DNA from: Macrostomum lignano
Taxonomy: Eukaryota
DNA length: 53,462 nucleotides
Direction of reading: 5' to 3'
NCBI GenBank assembly: GCA_002269645.1
Contig: NIVC01004245.1
Span: 1 to 53,462 of the forward strand
The position numbers and the translations under genes were made by a program. The notes below the pieces were generated by a model that did no database searches, had not been told where the DNA came from, and saw nothing but the letters and a program-made list of their open reading frames with translations. Shown in pieces: positions 47,878 through 53,462 of this stretch (position 1 is the first letter of the stretch; every line of letters begins with the position of its first letter).

Positions 47878-48344
47878 CTTTTCGATGTTAAACAGTTTCA
47901 AATGCTGACAAAGCTCTCTTGCAATTAAAACTTTGACAATGCTGAGCCGGCTGAAATTCGTCAGGTTTTTATTTTTAGGTTAAGATTTTGCTTTGGATTT
48001 TTCATTGCCGAACAGGTGATTTTTGCAACGACCTCCGAAATCTGAACGTGACGCAAGTGCAGTAATCATAGCTTTGCAGAGGTGAAACAAACAGAGAAAA
48101 GTTTCAAAAAACTTTGTTGAAAGGGAAAGCAATGAGAAATGAATTCACAGCTGGTTATGCGAATTTCAGACTCAAGCTACAATAAATTTTATGGCTAGTT
48201 TGCGTGACATTGTGTGCCATCGGGACACGAATTAAAAGCTTTCGTTCAACCATTTTGGCAAGACAAAAACAGGTTTTAAAACACAGCTCACAAGTGCGCT
48301 AAAAACAACTTCTTTCCGACACAAAAAAGTTGAAACCAAACAGC

Positions 48345-49135
48345 ATGGCACAGACTGTCCTGCAGAGACCTCACCTGTGTGTTTATCTTATCATCCTGTG
48401 CATTGCCAGCTGTGTCAACTCGGCTCCGTTAAGTAGGATCTCCGGCTCAGCTGGTGATGGTTCTGACATCCGCAACGCAGCAAATGGTTTACAACAACAT
48501 GTTAAACCAGCTAAACAGCTCCACGTGCTTGTAAATAATCGCACTGTGATTTCAGCAGCTTCAGCCAACAAGAATGTGCATCGCCCAGCTGAGGCCCCTG
48601 CTCTGCCAGCTAAAGCCCCTGCTCTGCCAGCTAAAGCCCCTGCTCTGCCAGCTAAGGCCCCTGCTCTGCCAGCTAAGGCCCCTGCTCTGCCAGCTAAAGC
48701 CCTTGCTCTGCCAGCTAAAGCCCCTGCTCTGCCAGCTAAAGCCCCTGCTCTGCCAGCTAAGGCCCCTGCTCTGCCAGCTAAGGCCCCTGCTCTGCCAGCT
48801 CCCCTGCTCTGCCAGCTAAAGCCCCTGCTCTGCCAGCTAAAGCCCCTGCTCTGCCAGCTAAGGCCCCTGCTCTGCCAGCTAAAGCCCCTGCTCTGCCAGC
48901 TAAAGCCCCTGCTCTGCCAGCTAAAGCCCCTGCTCTGCCAGCTAAAGCCCCTGCTCTGCCAGCTAAAGCCCCTGCTCTGCCAGCTAAAGCCCCTGCTCTA
49001 CCAGCCGAAGCCACTGCTCCACCAGCTGCTGCTGCACGGCCACCAGAAAAGACCATTATTCGACCTTCTGAAGTCATAGCTAAGCAATTAGCTCAAACAA
49101 AGACTATGGATCATACGAATAAAAACAAAAAGTGA
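48345..49135 (+). CDS. Secreted Ala/Pro/Lys repeat protein (APALPAK)n, with one frameshift inside the array
   Basis: Signal-like MAQTVLQRPHLCVYLIILCIASCVNSA; about 20 x 21-bp units with synonymous AAA/AAG variation. A 4-bp loss near 48800 shifts the frame. The restored frame ends ...TKTMDHTNKNKK* (TGA 49133-49135). Confidence 0.7.
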
Positions 49136-49159
49136 TAAAATACCTCAGGTCGAATTCCG

Positions 49160-49530
49160 TCATACTGACCACAGATCTCGTCGCCGACATTACCAACGCC
49201 CTGAGTACAGATCTCGTCGCCGACATTACCAGCGCCCTGAGTACAGATCTCGTCGCCGACATTACCAACGCCCTGAGTACAGATCACGTCGACGACATTA
49301 CCAACGCCCTGAGTACAGATCTGGTCACCGACATCACGAACGAAGCCCTGATTACAGATCTCGGCACCGACATCACGAACGAAGCCCTGATTACAGATCT
49401 CGTCACCGACATCACGAACGAAGCCCTGATTACAGATCTCGTCACCGACATCACGAACGAAGCCCTGATTACAGATCACACCGTCAACATTACCGGCGTC
49501 CTGATTACAGCCCTCGTCACCGACATGACT
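49160..49530. repeat. 36/39-bp tandem repeat, open on + (TDLVADITNALS / TDLVTDITNEALI) and on - (ICNQGFVRDVGDE)
   Basis: About 10 units; unit lengths are multiples of 3. Confidence 0.85.
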
Positions 49531-50554
49531 AACACTTGGTGTCTTTAGAATGCATCAATGCCTTTTACATTGACATAATCGATCTTGGTGTAACTTTGCG
49601 TTGAACCCATTATTTTTCTATGCAAAATCAGTTATGAGTTCTACTGTGTCTAATATATTAGATTTTGCTAGTAAGAAGGTTTCGAAGTTTTATTGATTTT
49701 TCTTGGTTCGTTGCTTCAAAAACTATGAATTAGATTAAGCCTGCAAAAACATTTCATTTCTTCATTGGCACACTGGATACCTTTGATTTCTCTGTAATGT
49801 CTCCCTGCATCTGGCTCCATAATTCAGTTCACGAAAAGTTTTGTTTAAATTGAATGCTGATTTACCGAAATTAAAATGCTAATCGATTTTTTTCGCCTCA
49901 GATTTGATAAGGGGGTAGGCCACTCAGGCATGTATACTTAGCAAAACAGCTTTCTACTTTCAGTTCAGTAGGAATGAAAAATACAGATGGCATTTAGAAA
50001 AATAAAGGCGGCTGAAATGACTTTGATAAGCTTAGAAGCCGAAGCTTGCAGGCGTAAACAGCTTGCTAATTGGTTCAGCAATAATGTACATTGGCCAGTC
50101 CACTGAAATGTACATGGCAGCTTTAGGCTGGAACAATCAGGGAAGGCAATAAAAATTGGGTGGCGGGGCAGGGGTAGAGGTTCTGTTTGAGGGTTTAAGC
50201 TGGGGCGGGGGGGTTAAAAGCCAATAAATGAGCCTGGTCTTTAAAAGTACATTAAATACTTCAGTTTAACTTAGCTCGTACTACGAGAATACTGAACTAA
50301 AAGTAGGTTGGGCGCAAATGTGCTGAGTGGCCCCATCTATAGTTATTCTAGTTATCTGTGCACCAGACTTCCGGTCTCTTGCAGCCTTAAAAATGAAACA
50401 ACGTCCACTAACAATGTAACACGGGGTCGCGTTCGTGTCTGGTCACTTTGTCACTAAGCTGGTGCAGCGAAGCGAAGCGATTCGAGCGAAGCAAAACCAT
50501 CCTCATCTGTCAAATCGAGTTAGCATTTAAACTCCTTCATCCCTATCGTGTTCG

Positions 50555-51525
50555 ATAGTAGTGTAGTGTAGTACATGTGGTGTAGTATCATGTGGTGTAT
50601 TTTCATGTGGTGTAGTACATGTGGTGTAGTTTCATGTGGTGTAGTTCTCTGTGGTGTAGTTTCATGTGGTGTAGTTTCATGTGGTGTAGTTCTCTGTGGT
50701 GTAGTTCTCTGTGGTGTAGTTTCATGTGGTGTAGTTTCATGTGGTGTAGTTTCATGTGGTGTAGTTTCATGTGGTGTAGTTCTCTGTGGTGTAGTTTCAT
50801 GTGGTGTAGTATCATGTGGTGTAGTTTCATGTGGTGTAGTCTCATGTGTGTAGTTCTCTGTGGTGTAGTTTCATGTGGTGTAGTATCATGTGGTGTAGTT
50901 TCATGTGGTGTAGTTTCATGTGGTGTAGTTCTCTGTGGTGTAGTTTCATGTGGTGTAGTATCATGTGGTGTAGTTTCATGTGGTGTAGTCTCATGTGGTG
51001 TAGTTCTCTGTGGTGGTTTCATGTGGTGTAGTATCATGTGGTGTAGTTTCATGTGTGTAGTTTCATGTGGTGTAGTTCTCTGTGGTGTAGTTTCATGTGG
51101 TGTAGTATCATGTGGTGTAGTTTCATGTGGTGTAGTTTCATGTGGTTTAGTTTCATGTGGTGTAGTCCTCTGTGGTGTAGTTTCATGTGGTGTAGTCCTC
51201 TGTGGTGTAGTTTCATGTGGTGTAGTTTCATGTGGTGTAGTCCTCTGTGGTGTAGTTTCATGTGGTGCAGTTTCATGTGGTGTAGTTCATGTGGTGTAGT
51301 TTCATGTGGTGTATTTCATGTGGTTTAGTTTCATGTGGTGTAGTCCTCTGTGGTGTAGTTTCATGTGGTGTAGTCCTCTGTGGTGTAGTTTCATGTGGTG
51401 TAGTTTCATGTGGTGTAGTCCTCTGTGTGTAGTTTCAATGTGGTGCAGGTTTCATGTGGTGTAGTTCTCTGTGGTGTAGTTTCATGTGGTGCAGTTTCAT
51501 GTGGTGAGTCCTCTGTGGTGTAATC
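50555..51525. repeat. 15-bp minisatellite (GTGGTGTAGTTTCAT / GTGGTGTAGTTCTCT)
   Basis: About 60 copies. Confidence 0.95.
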
Positions 51526-52048
51526 TACTCTAATCTACTCTACACACACCTGAGCTATTTACTTTACACCTGAGCTATCTACTCTACACCTGAGACATCT
51601 ACTCTACATCTGAGATATCTACTTCTGTCGTTTCCTTTATTAACGAAGAAAAGACGAAAGAAAGAAATTCTATAGGAATAAATGAATCTACATTTATCTC
51701 AATATCTCTCAAACTCCAAGCCTCAGACTGGACACACGTAGGCAAATTTTATTTAGCAATAATGATCCCAACACCAAAATAATAGCTGATCGATATCTAT
51801 ATAGTCACTGAGCAGTGAACACCTTTGAACTGCATCTCTGCATTTTGTCTCTCAGATGGACCTCCTTGGAAGAATTGCTGCTTCTTATGTTTCGAATGAA
51901 AAAAGCTCATTGCGATGAAAGCGGTCAAAGCGGTCACTGCGGTCATAACGCTCCTCTCGCGAATGGTGCGGGGCTCCTTCCTTCCCTTGGCAGGCGGCGG
52001 CCATGATGATGGCGCCAGCCGACGCGCCTGGGCTCTTTTCCATGCCAT

Positions 52049-52543
52049 TTATGTCGGTTCGTTTGTTTTGCTCGTGGTAGTTTCCGGTGGCGGAGTGGTA
52101 GTTTCCTCTGGCGATGCGGTAGTTTCCTCCGGCGAAGCGGTAGTTTCCTCCGGTGAAGCGGTAGTTTCCTCCGGCGAAGCGGTAGTTTCCTCCGGTGAAG
52201 CGGTAATTTCCTCCGTCGAAGCGGTAGTTTCCTCCGTGAAGCGGTAGTTTCCTCCGGCGAAGCGGTAGTTTCCTCCGGCGAAGCGGTAGTTTCCTCTGTC
52301 GAAGCGGTAGTTTCCTCCGGCGAAGCGGCAGTTTCCTCCGGCGAAGCGGTAGTTTCCTCCGGCGAAGCGGTAGTTTCCTCCGGCGAAGCGGTAGTTTCCT
52401 CCGGCGAAGCGGTAGTTTCCTCAGTCGCTTTCGGGCGCCCCGTTTTGAGCAGGCAAAGCGTCCAAAGCAGCTGAGGTGGCAAAGCTGAGCAGACAGACAA
52501 GCAGCAGACACTGCAGTAGAAGAGATCGGGTTGGAGAAGCCAT
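52049..52543 (-). CDS. Secreted acidic mucin-like protein (EETTASP)n, with two apparent single-base frameshifts
   Basis: ATG at 52543 gives MASPTRSLLLQCLLLVCLLSFATSA. Removing one C from a CCC near 52438 joins this to about 16 EETTASP repeats. A second shift lies near 52236. Variants TCG/TCA, GCT/GCA and CCG/CCA are synonymous only in this frame. The protein ends ...PPPETTTSKTNEPT* at 52049. Confidence 0.65.
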
Positions 52544-53039
52544 ATTCAGATAAAAAAACAAAGGCTTAAATTTGGCAGAAAGTCAAACAGTCAACTAAGT
52601 CTGAGAGACTTTCCAGTCAGACTTATATAGATGCGATTTGAAAACACCGGAAAAAACTCGTCTCCACCTAAGTAAAACAAAGTTCCTCCGCTACGTCTGT
52701 TACCGAATTCGTCACGATTTTTTTCAAATAAATTTTTTTATAATCGACTTGCAAGTATAACAAAAATTTGTGTCCCTGTGTGAAAAAAAAGTTTAAGAAG
52801 ATCATTAACCACCTGGCACTAAAAAATTGAACTGGATTTTTGTCGAATTCCATATGGAATTAATTTTTTATTTTGGCATTTTAAATCATGTTTTTTATAA
52901 TACAAAGATACTTTTTAAGCACTACTGCTAGTAACAAAGTAAGATTTAATTCGGCGAAAGGTTGTTTAAATCTTGAAAGCCTAAGTACACTGTGATATAG
53001 AACCCACACACTGTAATATATAACAACACATTGTATAAT

Positions 53040-53462
53040 AGAACCCACACCTGCAATTAGAAACCCACAAACCATTAGAAACACACAAACCACCATTAGA
53101 AGCCCATACAATGCCTCTAGAAATCCACAAATCGCCATTAGAAACCCACAAAATGCCACTAGAAATCCACATATCGCCAATAGAAACGCCAAACAAAACC
53201 ATTATAAACCTTAATTATGCCATTAGAAACCCATACACAATGCCATTAGAAACCCACAAATCATCATTAGAAACCACACACACAGTGCCATTAGAAACCC
53301 ACACACTGCCATTAGAAACCCACACACTGCCATTAGAAATCCACACACTGTCATTAGAAACCCACACACTGTCATTAGAAACCACACACCGCATTAAAAA
53401 CCACACACCGCCATTTGAAACCCACACACTGCCATTAGAAACCCACACACTGCCATTAGAAA
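53040..53462. repeat. 21-bp minisatellite (CCCACACACTGCCATTAGAAA) running off the window end
   Basis: Degenerate at left, homogeneous at right. Confidence 0.92.

Noticed and set aside
46818-47908. Alternative open frames over the Arg-rich gene (ADAERDVANT; SASAVFATSL; RRPSPRLPCS)
   Set aside because: They lack a proper ATG plus signal peptide, and third-position variation favours the GRREHGRR frame
52090-52420. The GGNYRFA repeat frame resembles an RFamide neuropeptide precursor and is in frame with the signal peptide
   Set aside because: It is separated from the signal by TGA, lacks the G-K/R amidation and cleavage sites after RF, and repeat variants are non-synonymous in this frame but silent in the EETTASP frame

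Overview
Eukaryotic animal genomic DNA with spliced genes, GC-rich exons and introns packed with mini- and microsatellites. The style suggests a Macrostomum-like flatworm, which is inference only. Recognisable genes, in order: an alkaline phosphatase (minus strand, 3' half frameshifted), a CRTC/TORC CREB co-activator, PYROXD1, a Frizzled-5/8 receptor and a C12orf56/DUF4551 homolog. The 46.8-52.5 kb end holds a cluster of three unrecognised signal-peptide, tandem-repeat secreted-protein genes: one Arg-rich and cationic, one Ala/Pro/Lys with a possible Thr/Asp extension, and one acidic and mucin-like. Mobile elements include a tRNA-derived SINE, a GG..CC MITE with an 8-bp TSD carrying telomere-like TTAGGG repeats, a hAT-like MITE with an 8-bp TSD, and a dispersed (TCTG)n-associated element. 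About 30 tandem arrays are present, with a marked excess of 20-21 bp periods and a recurrent TGTCAG/GGTCAG core. All exon boundaries and repeat periods were read by eye and may be off by a few bases.
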